DNA of 64,000 bases from a bacterium (GTDB taxonomy: Bacteria > UBA8248 > JACPRG01 > G963555815): assembly GCA_965261595.1 (NCBI GenBank), contig CBDHDG010000006.1, positions 896,001-960,000 of the forward strand, given 5' to 3'. This document shows positions 44,318 to 53,147 of this stretch, one piece after another. The notes beneath the pieces were generated by a model that saw only the letters and a program-made list of their open reading frames with translations, had not been told where the DNA came from and did not search any database. Each line of letters starts with the position of its first letter. Positions within the stretch are counted from its first letter, which is position 1. Position numbers and translations under genes: made by a program.

Positions 44318-44842
44318 ATGACGGATCTCTACGTCAGTTGGTCTGAGTACAACAAGAAAATCGAGGATCTCGCGCATCAGATTGGGAGCAGCGGATGGAA
44401 ATTCAATCAAATCATCTGCATCGCCAAAGGGGGGCTGAGGATTGGGGATATCTTCAGCCGTTTGTTCGACCAGCCGCTTGGAATCCTCTCGGTGGAATCC
44501 TACACGGGTGAGCACCGGACCGATCGCGGCAACATCATCTTCGCCCGCGACCTGGCCAAGACCACGCCGAACCTCGGGTCCCACGTCCTGGTGGTCGACG
44601 ACCTGGTCGACTCGGGCATCACCCTGAAAAAGAGCGTGGAGTGGCTGTCACACTTCTACGGCTTTTATGTCGAGGAAATCCGGACCGGGGTGTTGTGGTA
44701 CAAGGCTGTTTCTACGTACCGCCCGGACTACTACGTGGACCACCTGGAAGATTCACCCTGGATCCATCAGCCGTTCGAGAAGTATGAGCAGATGAGCGTG
44801 GAGGATTTCGCCCCGAAATCCCCGGCGAAAAATCCGTCGTAG
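44318..44842 (+). CDS. type I phosphoribosyltransferase (purine PRTase-like)
   Basis: IAKGG, LVVDDLVDSGIT PRPP loop, WIHQPFE; RBS GAGGAGG. Confidence 0.88.
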   Translation: MTDLYVSWSEYNKKIEDLAHQIGSSGWKFNQIICIAKGGLRIGDIFSRLFDQPLGILSVESYTGEHRTDRGNIIFARDLAKTTPNLGSHVLVVDDLVDSGITLKKSVEWLSHFYGFYVEEIRTGVLWYKAVSTYRPDYYVDHLEDSPWIHQPFEKYEQMSVEDFAPKSPAKNPS

Positions 44843-44915
44843 AACTTTCACCGGAAGAACGGATTCCCCGCGGTCTCCCGCCCCGGACTCGAAGCCCGGC
44901 TCACCGGCGTCCGCC

Positions 44916-45389
44916 TCAAAGTCCGGCGTACTTCCCCTCGTAAAAGAGAAGGGGCTTTCCGTCCCGCCCGCCCGCCGCGTCCTCCACCTGTCCGATGAAG
45001 ATGGCGTGATCGCCTCCCGGGAAATCGCCCACGATCCGGCACTCCAGATACCCGATGCAGCCGTCAATCCGGGGCGGGCCCAACCGGCCGGGCCGGTGGG
45101 AGACCCCCTCGAACTTGTCCTCAATCTTCGACGCGAAACGACTGGAAATCTCTTCTTGATCCTCGCTCAGGATGTTGATGACGAAATTGCGGTCCCGGCG
45201 GAAGCAGGAGTAGATTTGGGCCGTCAGGTCGACGCACACCAGAACCAGGGGGGGGTCCAGAGACACCGAAGCCAGAGAGTTCACCGTAAACCCCCGGGGG
45301 GCTCCATCGGCGTCCAGGAGGGTGAAAACGGTGACCCCCGTCGCGAACCGGCCCATGGCCCGTCTGAGATCATCGCCGCTGACCGGCAT
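44916..45389 (-). CDS. flavin reductase family protein
   Basis: RRAMGRFATGVT, SVSLDPPLV, GDHAIFIG. Confidence 0.9.
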   Translation of the reverse strand: MPVSGDDLRRAMGRFATGVTVFTLLDADGAPRGFTVNSLASVSLDPPLVLVCVDLTAQIYSCFRRDRNFVINILSEDQEEISSRFASKIEDKFEGVSHRPGRLGPPRIDGCIGYLECRIVGDFPGGDHAIFIGQVEDAAGGRDGKPLLFYEGKYAGL

Positions 45390-45450
45390 TGTCCGTTGTT
45401 CCCCCATTCTTTCGTTCGGCATCCGGCGGTTCTCGGAAACCCGAACCGCT

Positions 45451-45984
45451 CTATCGGGAACGGTTTTCCCCTCCCCCCAAACCCACAAAGAGCCCGTTGC
45501 CCGACTGGTACACGCCCCACGCCAGCACCCGGCCTTGCGAATCCACAAATTCCACCCGGGCCCGCTCCGGACCTGCCGGCTGGATCACCGCCACCCAAGT
45601 GCGGGCCAGGACGACGGCGTCCGCCTCTTTGATCCCGGGTTTGAGCAGGGTCCACCCCGGCCTCATGATCACCCGGACGTCGTAGGGCCCCTTTCCCTTC
45701 CGCGCGGAATCCACCCTTCCAAACGTCTTCCCCCGCAGGTTCCTGACCCGGACCTGAAAATCCCGGGCCGGATGATCGACCCGGACCGGCTCACCGAATA
45801 ACAAGCCGCATCCACCAACGGCCGTCAGGGACAACGCCGCGAGGATCCAGCTCGTCAAAATTCCGTAAACACGCCGGTTTCGTCCCCCAGTAGATCCGCC
45901 GGGTTCGCCTTTCCGAAAAACGCGGATCGGCGCGACGCCCTTCTTCCCGCCCTCCGGCGGGCCCGCCCTTTCGGTTTCTTCCAT
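45451..45984 (-). CDS. hypothetical lipoprotein
   Basis: Hydrophobic stretch ending AVGGC; start uncertain. Confidence 0.5.
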   Translation of the reverse strand: MEETERAGPPEGGKKGVAPIRVFRKGEPGGSTGGRNRRVYGILTSWILAALSLTAVGGCGLLFGEPVRVDHPARDFQVRVRNLRGKTFGRVDSARKGKGPYDVRVIMRPGWTLLKPGIKEADAVVLARTWVAVIQPAGPERARVEFVDSQGRVLAWGVYQSGNGLFVGLGGGENRSR

Positions 45985-46374
45985 CGTTTCACCCGGAATG
46001 GGTTCACCGGTCACTGAGCCGCCTCCGGAATGTTTGACGGCCCTTGCGGCCGCCGTTCCCCGCCTCCCGCTTCCGGGCGGGGGGATTGGGGGGGCGCGCA
46101 CCGCGGAATGTTATCCCTCCCGCGCCGTGAAGTCCACCGGGCGGCCGCCTCAGTGAATCCCGATTTGCGTCGGCTGAGCGGCGCCGGCGATCGTGAGAAC
46201 AGGCGCTGTCAAACGTCTGCCCCGCGCCGTCCGGATGAAGAGAATCATTCCCCGGAACCGGCGTCACAACCGACTCCTTCGGCGCTTCGTTTTTCACGCG
46301 CGGAGAAAATTGGGGACACCCCAGGTCGTCCGCCCAAAGACCCCGGGCGGCCGACGACGAAACCGAGGATTGCC

Positions 46375-46403
46375 TTGCCTCCTCTGCATCTCTCACATAT
46401 ATT
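46375..46403 (+). promoter_or_regulatory. candidate sigma70 promoter
   Basis: TTGCCT-N17-TATATT upstream of the 46473 ORF. Confidence 0.5.
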
Positions 46404-46472
46404 GGCAAGGGAAGACCACAAATTCCGATTTCCCGGGCCGATTCATCAGATCATCAGGAGGACGGCGATTTC

Positions 46473-47063
46473 ATGAGCACCCTGAAGGAACAGTTGTTTC
46501 TGGAGTTCGCTTCCGATGCGCTCTCCGGTCTCACGGACGAATTTCGCGGGAAGTTCACGTCCAAGAAGGGGGATCGGTTCAACATCCAAGGCGTCACATA
46601 CGAGTTGGGCTCGCCGTTGCTCGAAGAGAATGTCATTCGATTCGAGATCAGCTCCAAGATCCCCCAGGACGAGTTTGCCGAAAACATGACGCAGACCAAA
46701 TACTTCAACGCCGTCAAGGCGATTGTCCAGAAGGGCAAGAAAAAGCCGCAGGCCATCGACATGGAGAACATCGTCCGGGAAACCCGTGATGACTCCCGCA
46801 AAGAGCGCGATTACGTGAAGGTGACCTACCAATACAAAGAAAAAGACCTCTACAGCGATAAAGAGATCGCCAAGTCCGTTGCGGAGATTTCCAAAGGCGC
46901 TTCCAAGCTGAAATTGCCCGAGGTGCCCGGCATCCCCACACTGGGGGGCCGCGTTCTCCTGGTGGCCCTCCGGGACAACCTCCGGCGGATGGCCGGAGAG
47001 AATGTCCAGCTTCTCATCGACGCCAACAACCAGGTCCGGAAAAAAATGAAGGCGCGCAAATAG
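46473..47063 (+). CDS. hypothetical protein (196 aa, Lys/Glu-rich)
   Basis: AGGAGG RBS, own promoter, native codon usage; no motif recognised. Confidence 0.8.
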   Translation: MSTLKEQLFLEFASDALSGLTDEFRGKFTSKKGDRFNIQGVTYELGSPLLEENVIRFEISSKIPQDEFAENMTQTKYFNAVKAIVQKGKKKPQAIDMENIVRETRDDSRKERDYVKVTYQYKEKDLYSDKEIAKSVAEISKGASKLKLPEVPGIPTLGGRVLLVALRDNLRRMAGENVQLLIDANNQVRKKMKARK

Positions 47064-47089
47064 CGAATCCTCCCCCAGGTCCGCGGAAC

Positions 47090-48328
47090 ATGGCTCCCCC
47101 CCCCTCCCCCTCCCCCCACCCGATCCTTCTTCGGGGCGGCAAGGTTTACACCCCGGAAAGGACCTTCGTCCCCGCCGAGCTCCTTCTTCGTCAGGGGCGG
47201 ATCGAGGCCTGTGAATCCCGTCTTGCCCCGCCGCCCGGCACGCGCGTCGTCCATGTGGACGGGGGTCTCGTGGCGCCGGGATTCATCGATCTTCAGGTCA
47301 ACGGCGGCGGCGGCCGGGCCATCTTGGAAGGCACGGAGGACGCCGTCCGGGCGACGGCCCGAAGCCTGTCGGCCTCCGGGACGACGGCGTTCCTGCCCAC
47401 CCTGATCAGCGCGCCTGAGTCCGCACTGCTCGACACCTTCTCGGCCATTCGCTCGGCCGCGCGTGCCGCTCCGGACGGAGCGGATGAGCCCGCGGCCGCC
47501 TCCATCGCCGGCATCCACCTGGAAGGCCCCTTTCTCAACCCGGAGATGGCCGGCGCGCATCCTCCGGAGCACATCCGGCCGCCCGACCCCGGCTTGTTCG
47601 ACCGGCTCTCGAACTCCTGGGCCGGAGCGGATGGATCGCCCGCGGCCCCCGCCCTCATCACTTTGGCGCCCGAGCTGCCCGGCGCCCTCGACCTGTTGAA
47701 AACCGTTGTGCAAAGGGGTTGGCTAGCCGCGTTCGGCCATACGAAGGCCACGTATGAAGAAGCGGAGAGAGCGGTCCCCGCGGGCGTCCGGGTGGCCACC
47801 CACGTCTTCAACCGGATGGGGGAATTCCACCACCGGGAACCGGGGGTCCTGGGTCTGGTCCTGACGGATGCGCGGGTGACGGCCGGATTCATCGCCGACG
47901 GGATCCATGTCCACCCCGCCGCCCTCCAGGCGGCCCTTCGGCTCAAGGGGACGGGGGGGGCCTTTCTTGTGTCGGACGCCACGCCGGCCGGGGACGCCGC
48001 GCCGGATGGCGGGGAAGGGCCGGCGGGATTTCAGATGGGCGACACGCGAATCCTTCAGGAAGGCGGCCGGCTCCTCACGTCCGGCGGAAGGCTGGCGGGC
48101 GCGCTCCTCAGCATGCGGCGGGCGCTGGCCAACGTCGTCCGGCATTGCGGCTTCAGCGTCGAGGAGGCGCTTCCCTGGGTCACCGAGACCCCCGCCCGCG
48201 TTCTCGGGCTTTACGGAAAAAAGGGCGTTCTGGCGCCCGGAGCCGATGCGGACATCGTCGTTCTGGACGCCGACCTGGAAGCCCGGTGGGTCGCCGTGGG
48301 CGGCCGCGTGGCCGTGGACCGGCTTTGA
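47090..48328 (+). CDS. nagA: N-acetylglucosamine-6-phosphate deacetylase
   Basis: PGFIDLQVNG, HLEGPF, TLAPE, THVFN, ADGIHVHP, LAG. Confidence 0.9.
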   Translation: MAPPPSPSPHPILLRGGKVYTPERTFVPAELLLRQGRIEACESRLAPPPGTRVVHVDGGLVAPGFIDLQVNGGGGRAILEGTEDAVRATARSLSASGTTAFLPTLISAPESALLDTFSAIRSAARAAPDGADEPAAASIAGIHLEGPFLNPEMAGAHPPEHIRPPDPGLFDRLSNSWAGADGSPAAPALITLAPELPGALDLLKTVVQRGWLAAFGHTKATYEEAERAVPAGVRVATHVFNRMGEFHHREPGVLGLVLTDARVTAGFIADGIHVHPAALQAALRLKGTGGAFLVSDATPAGDAAPDGGEGPAGFQMGDTRILQEGGRLLTSGGRLAGALLSMRRALANVVRHCGFSVEEALPWVTETPARVLGLYGKKGVLAPGADADIVVLDADLEARWVAVGGRVAVDRL

Positions 48329-48532
48329 GATCAGCGTCAGGCCGCGGAAGCGGGAGCGGGTTCCTCATCATATCAACCCCGCCGGGCCCAGATGAAGTTC
48401 GAAAATACGGCCCCGGTGTCTCCTATGTCTTGAACCCATACAACAGCTTGTTCGTGACGCGGATAGGCGGATAGAATTGGGGAGGGGGGAGTCTGGCCGT
48501 CCGCCTTGGAGCGGAGCGGCCGGAGGTCGAGA

Positions 48533-50173
48533 TTGTCTGATCGGTATGACATCCTGTTTCAAGACGCCACCGTCTACGACGGCGCGGGCGGACCTCCCTT
48601 TCGGGGGGACGTGGCGACCCGGGGCGATGAAATCGTCTCCGTCCGGCGCACTTCCGACGGGGGGGAGGAGGAGGGGGGCGGGTCCACGCGGCCGGTTCGC
48701 ACCCTCTCCCTGAACGGCAAAGCCCTGGCGCCCGGGTTCGTTGATATCCATTCCCATTCCGACTACTCCCTTCTCATCAACCCCCTGGCCGAAAGCAAGG
48801 TCCGCCAAGGGGTGACGACCGAAGTGGGAGGGAATTGCGGGTATTCGGCCGCGCCCATCGGCGGCGAAGCAAAGGCCGAGCGCCGGAAGCTCTACCGGGA
48901 ACGGTACGGACTGGATCCCGATTTCTCCGATGTGAGGGCCTACCTCGACCGTCTGGACGATTCGGGGCTCTCGGTGAACTATGTCCACCAGGCGGGACAC
49001 AACACCATCCGGCAGTCCGTCATGGGCGGCGACAACAGGGCGCCGACGGGGGCGGAGCTTCAAAGCATGACCGCGATGGTGGAGCGGGGGATGTCCGAGG
49101 GCGCCTTCGGCCTCTCCACGGGGCTGGTGTACGCACCGGCCTGCTTCGCCTCCCCTGAAGAAACGGCCGCCCTGGCCGAAGTCGCCGCCGAACGCGCCGG
49201 GTTGTTCAGCGTCCACATGCGCAGCGAGGGGGCCGGACTCCTGGAGGCCATCGAAGAGGTGCTCAACATCGCGCGCCTGAGCGGGGTCCGTCTCCAGATC
49301 TCCCACCTCAAGACGGCGGGACAACCGAACTGGTCGAAAATCGACGACGCCATCCATCTCATCGAGCGGGCCGCAAAATCCGGAATCGACGTGGCTTGCG
49401 ACCGCTACCCATACACGGCTTCCAACACCCACCTCTCCGCCCTGCTGCCGGACTGGGCCCACGAAGGCGGAAAGACAATGACCCTGGCCCGGTTGCGCGA
49501 CGCCGCCCACCGGTCGCGGATCCGCGAGGCCTGGGGGGAAAGGAATTGGGACAACGTCGTGATCTCCCTGGTGAGCCGTCCCGAGAGCAGGCGGTTCGAG
49601 GGCCGGAGCGTCTCGGCGTGCGCGGCGCTCACCGGCCGGGAAGCGGCCGAATGGGCGATGGACCTTTTGCTCGCCGAGGATCTCTGGGTCGAGATCCTTC
49701 TGCTCAACCTCATGGATGAATCCAACCTCCGGAAGATTTTGCGAAAGCCCTACGTCTTCATCGGCTCCGACGCGGAGGCGCGGGCCCATTACGGCGTGCT
49801 GGGCGAGGGCGCTCCGCATCCGCGCGGGTTTGGAACCTTTCCGCGGGTTCTGGGAAGTCTCGTCCGGGGGGAGGGTCTGATGCCGCTCTCCGAAGCCATC
49901 GCCCGGATGACTTGGCTCCCCGCCCGCAGGGTGGGCATCTCGGACCGGGGCCGCGTCTCGCCCGGCATGAAGGCCGATCTCGTCGTCTTCGATCCGGAAC
50001 GAATCACCGACACTTCCACGTTTGAATCGCCGATCCGCTATCCGGAAGGAATCGACTTCGTGATGGTCAACGGCGAGTTGACCGTGGAAGATGGGGTCCA
50101 CCTCGGCGTCCGGGCCGGGCGCACGCTGCGCGGCGCGGATCGACTTGCGCCAAACGGGGAAGAGACGCCATGA
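48533..50173 (+). CDS. N-acyl-D-amino acid deacylase (D-aminoacylase)
   Basis: PGFVDIHSHSD, GNCG, GLSTGLVYAP, HMRSE, SHLK, HPRGFGTFPRVL. Confidence 0.9.
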   Translation: MSDRYDILFQDATVYDGAGGPPFRGDVATRGDEIVSVRRTSDGGEEEGGGSTRPVRTLSLNGKALAPGFVDIHSHSDYSLLINPLAESKVRQGVTTEVGGNCGYSAAPIGGEAKAERRKLYRERYGLDPDFSDVRAYLDRLDDSGLSVNYVHQAGHNTIRQSVMGGDNRAPTGAELQSMTAMVERGMSEGAFGLSTGLVYAPACFASPEETAALAEVAAERAGLFSVHMRSEGAGLLEAIEEVLNIARLSGVRLQISHLKTAGQPNWSKIDDAIHLIERAAKSGIDVACDRYPYTASNTHLSALLPDWAHEGGKTMTLARLRDAAHRSRIREAWGERNWDNVVISLVSRPESRRFEGRSVSACAALTGREAAEWAMDLLLAEDLWVEILLLNLMDESNLRKILRKPYVFIGSDAEARAHYGVLGEGAPHPRGFGTFPRVLGSLVRGEGLMPLSEAIARMTWLPARRVGISDRGRVSPGMKADLVVFDPERITDTSTFESPIRYPEGIDFVMVNGELTVEDGVHLGVRAGRTLRGADRLAPNGEETP

Positions 50174-51930
50174 CAGACACCATGCTGACGCTTCTCATCG
50201 TTTCCTTCCTGATCGGCGTGGGCATCGCCGCGGTTCTGGTTCTGGCGTTCCGGTCGAGGAGAATCCTGAAAGGCCTTCAAAGCGGCCGGGGGCCCGATCG
50301 AGAGCTGATCAATGAGGACCGCATGGAGGGGCCGATCGAGGGGATCGAGGAAACCAGGCTGCTCAGCCGCCCGGGGAAAGGGATGCCGAAACCCTTATCG
50401 GCAAAGAACAGCTTGGGGGCCGGCTCGATCAACTTCGGAACCGGGTCGAGCGAATCGCGGACCGCGGCGCCTTCCATGGAGGCGGAGACACCCGGCTCGA
50501 TCATCGCCGGGCCGGAGCCGCCCGAGCCGGATATTCAGCCATTGCATCCGACGGAAACTCATCCACCGGAGGATGAAGGCTTCTCCGAGCCTCAACTGAT
50601 CGAGACGGATCGTCCGCCTTTCGGCGACCCGGAGGGGGAAGAGGAGGAGGATCAACGCGCGCCGGCCGTTGACGCGCCGGCCGCGGTTTCCTCGGAGGCC
50701 CCTCCTTTCCAGGAGGGGAGGTTGTTGAATCAGCCTTCGGAGCTGGTGGTGAAATACAAGCTGCCCGATCTGCCGCTGCTGGAGTCCTGGCGTCCGCCGG
50801 GGTCTTCCAAATCCGAGGGTGGAGAGGAAGCCGACACCACCTCTCCCGGCATTCAACTGCCCCCGACCTTTTTGGACGAGTGGGTCGAAGTCCAAGCGGC
50901 CATCGATAAAGAAGAACGCAAGGGCGGATTGCTCCCGCCCGAAACCCATTTCCATCTGGCGCTCCTGGCGTATTTCGCTGGGGAATTCGAGTCTGCGGTG
51001 GCCTATTCCCAGTTGACCCTGGACGCGGGCGCGGCCCCCGGCGCGGTGCTGCATCTTCTCGGACTGACCTATCACTTGCAGGGTTATGAAACCGAGGCGG
51101 AGGGCAGGCTCCGCGAGGCCGCGGAGACGGTGAACGTTTCGCCGGGCGACCGGGCGATCATCCTGACCAACCTGGGGCTGGTCTCCACCTACCGGCGCGC
51201 TCCCGACGACGCGCTGGGATATTTCGGACAGGCGCTCGAAATCCACCGCCGCCGGGGAAACAAACGGGAAGAGGCCGAAACCCTCAGCCGAATAGGCCGG
51301 CTCTGCCGGGCCAAGCAGTCTCTGTACGAGGCCTCGAAGTACCACCTTGAAGCCCTGGAGGGTTGGCGCACTTTGGGGGACCGGTCCAAAGTGGCGTTGG
51401 AGCTTCGGTTGATGGCCGCCGTGTTCCGCGAAAAAGGGGACTACGCGGAAGCCCTGAAACTGAGCGAGCGGGCGCTGGCCATGAACCGGGAATCGGACGA
51501 CGTGCGCGAAGAGGCCATCAACCTCGGGAACATCGGGTTGATTTACAGCCTGGAAAAGGATTTCACGAAGGCGCTGGAGTTTTTTCGCACCGGTCTTTCC
51601 CTCCACCGACAGGTGAGAAACCCGAAGGGCGAGGCCAACAACCTGGGCAACATCGGAAACATCCTCTTTCTCCAGGGTCAGGCCGAAGAGTCGCTTCAGT
51701 CCTGCCTGGGCGCCCTGGAGATCAATCGGAAAATCGGCTACGCCTGGGGCGAAGCGGTTGACCTCGGAAACATCGGAAAGATTCAGATGCACAAAAATGA
51801 TCGGGCCGCGGCCGGGGAGAACCTGAAAGAGGCCCACCGGATATTCACCGGGCTGAACGCCACCGCGCAGGCGGAAGCCATCCAGAGCGCCCTGGACCGG
51901 ATCAACGACGGGGACGCCCGGAAACCCTAA
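50170..51930 (+). CDS. membrane-anchored tetratricopeptide repeat protein
   Basis: N-terminal TM, acidic/Pro linker, repeated EAxxLGNIG...ALEI TPR units. Confidence 0.85.
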   Translation: MTDTMLTLLIVSFLIGVGIAAVLVLAFRSRRILKGLQSGRGPDRELINEDRMEGPIEGIEETRLLSRPGKGMPKPLSAKNSLGAGSINFGTGSSESRTAAPSMEAETPGSIIAGPEPPEPDIQPLHPTETHPPEDEGFSEPQLIETDRPPFGDPEGEEEEDQRAPAVDAPAAVSSEAPPFQEGRLLNQPSELVVKYKLPDLPLLESWRPPGSSKSEGGEEADTTSPGIQLPPTFLDEWVEVQAAIDKEERKGGLLPPETHFHLALLAYFAGEFESAVAYSQLTLDAGAAPGAVLHLLGLTYHLQGYETEAEGRLREAAETVNVSPGDRAIILTNLGLVSTYRRAPDDALGYFGQALEIHRRRGNKREEAETLSRIGRLCRAKQSLYEASKYHLEALEGWRTLGDRSKVALELRLMAAVFREKGDYAEALKLSERALAMNRESDDVREEAINLGNIGLIYSLEKDFTKALEFFRTGLSLHRQVRNPKGEANNLGNIGNILFLQGQAEESLQSCLGALEINRKIGYAWGEAVDLGNIGKIQMHKNDRAAAGENLKEAHRIFTGLNATAQAEAIQSALDRINDGDARKP

Positions 51931-52487
51931 TCCATGCGAAGCCCTTTGAGAGTCCTCCCGCCGGCGATGTGGCTCCTCCTCCTGGCGCCGGGCTGGCCAA
52001 CGGCCGCCCGGGCGGATGTCACCCTCCACCAGCGCGTCACCTTCCGGTTTCTCGATGCCCGACCCCGTCCGCCCCTGAAAGTGATCTTCTACGCCAAAGG
52101 GCGGCGCGCCCGGTACGAGGTCGACGGCCGGCGGAAAAAACCAACCATCGTTCGTTTCGACAAGGGGCTGATTCTGCGTCTCGATCCGAATCGGAAGACC
52201 TACGCGAAGATCTCGATCAAGGATTTGGAAGAGGTCCTGAAGGGCGTGAGGAACATCGTCAAGGGCGTGGACGAATTCCTGGCCGGCGGAAAATCGGCCC
52301 GCCGAAAAAAGGCCTACCGCCTCGTGCCGACCGCGGAGACAGACAAGGTGCACGGGCTGGACGCGAGGGTTCACCTTCTGCGGCAGGGAAAAAAGCGTGA
52401 TTATGCCTTTGACGCAGTAAGACACAAGATATAGGTGCGATTTTGAGACACTACATGTTGTGGTTATCCAACAGGAGGGGGTCACTT

Positions 52488-52703
52488 TTAGGGACCCGTG
52501 GAACCACATATCCTCCCATTGATGATGGCTGGTGGCCCGACGTAAGAGCCCCGAATTTCGAGTGGGATGCGTTTCTTCGGCGGTTTCTTATTCCTTATCC
52601 CCATCAAGTAGAAACCCGCATAGAATAGAAGATCAATAACCCTAGAGGCTGCTTCGGAGATGAACCATTCAAAAACGTCAAATCCTTCGCATTTTGCTTC
52701 CAT
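52488..52703 (-). CDS. passenger ORF 2, 71 aa, hydrophobic segment followed by basic tail
   Basis: Strong AAGGAGG RBS upstream of ATG. Confidence 0.5.
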   Translation of the reverse strand: MEAKCEGFDVFEWFISEAASRVIDLLFYAGFYLMGIRNKKPPKKRIPLEIRGSYVGPPAIINGRICGSTGP

Positions 52704-52742
52704 TGCCCCAGTCCTCCTTCAAGGTTGGGTGGTGATGGAACC

Positions 52743-52774
52743 GCAGCGCCAGGGGCGGGATCCCCTGGCGCTGC
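52743..52774. terminator. perfect 13-bp hairpin between the passenger ORFs
   Basis: GCAGCGCCAGGGG-cgggat-CCCCTGGCGCTGC; no clear U-tract. Confidence 0.45.
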
Positions 52775-52796
52775 ACTTGTAAATCTTATTTTCCAC

Positions 52797-53147
52797 TTAT
52801 TTGCACGAGATGAACTCGCACAACGTCTCAAAAACCTTGAATTCCCCTTCAAAACGGAAAGTCGTAGAGCCAGGGATGCTCTTCAGGTATTGGAATCCTT
52901 TTGGATGCTCACTCACCATGAAAATACGCCATTTCTCCTTTGCGTTTCGGTATCCAAGTTTATACAAAGCTACCAAATCGCGATCGTCCAACATGCGAAG
53001 TATGAGTTTTCTTCGTTCCAAATCCACATAAGCGGGGCTGTACACCGCACCTTTTCCGATAAAACAGGCCTTGTTGGATTCTCCAGCCATGACGGCGGAA
53101 GATGCGATGAGGGCAGTTGTAAGTATGCAACCGCCGATAGTACGCAT
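52797..53147 (-). CDS. passenger ORF 1, 116 aa secreted hypothetical protein
   Basis: MRTIGGCILTTALIASSAVMA signal peptide; GGGGG RBS-like run. Confidence 0.65.
   Translation of the reverse strand: MRTIGGCILTTALIASSAVMAGESNKACFIGKGAVYSPAYVDLERRKLILRMLDDRDLVALYKLGYRNAKEKWRIFMVSEHPKGFQYLKSIPGSTTFRFEGEFKVFETLCEFISCK

Noticed and set aside
46000..46370. GC-rich intergenic hairpins as a possible ncRNA (6S, SRP or riboswitch)
   Set aside because: No diagnostic motif recognised; pairing is expected by chance at this GC content.
50170..51930. TPR protein as part of an anti-phage defence system
   Set aside because: No NTPase, nuclease, TIR, CHAT or other effector domain is recognisable; it looks like a membrane-anchored scaffold.
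52445..52455. GAGACACTACA inside the cassette is identical to the 11-bp MITE TIR core (42049-42059)
   Set aside because: No flanking CTAG and no partner end; it overlaps the NrdR-like/subterminal repeat, so it is probably coincidental.
52464..52472. TTATCCAAC as a DnaA box
   Set aside because: Single imperfect match with no box cluster or origin context.
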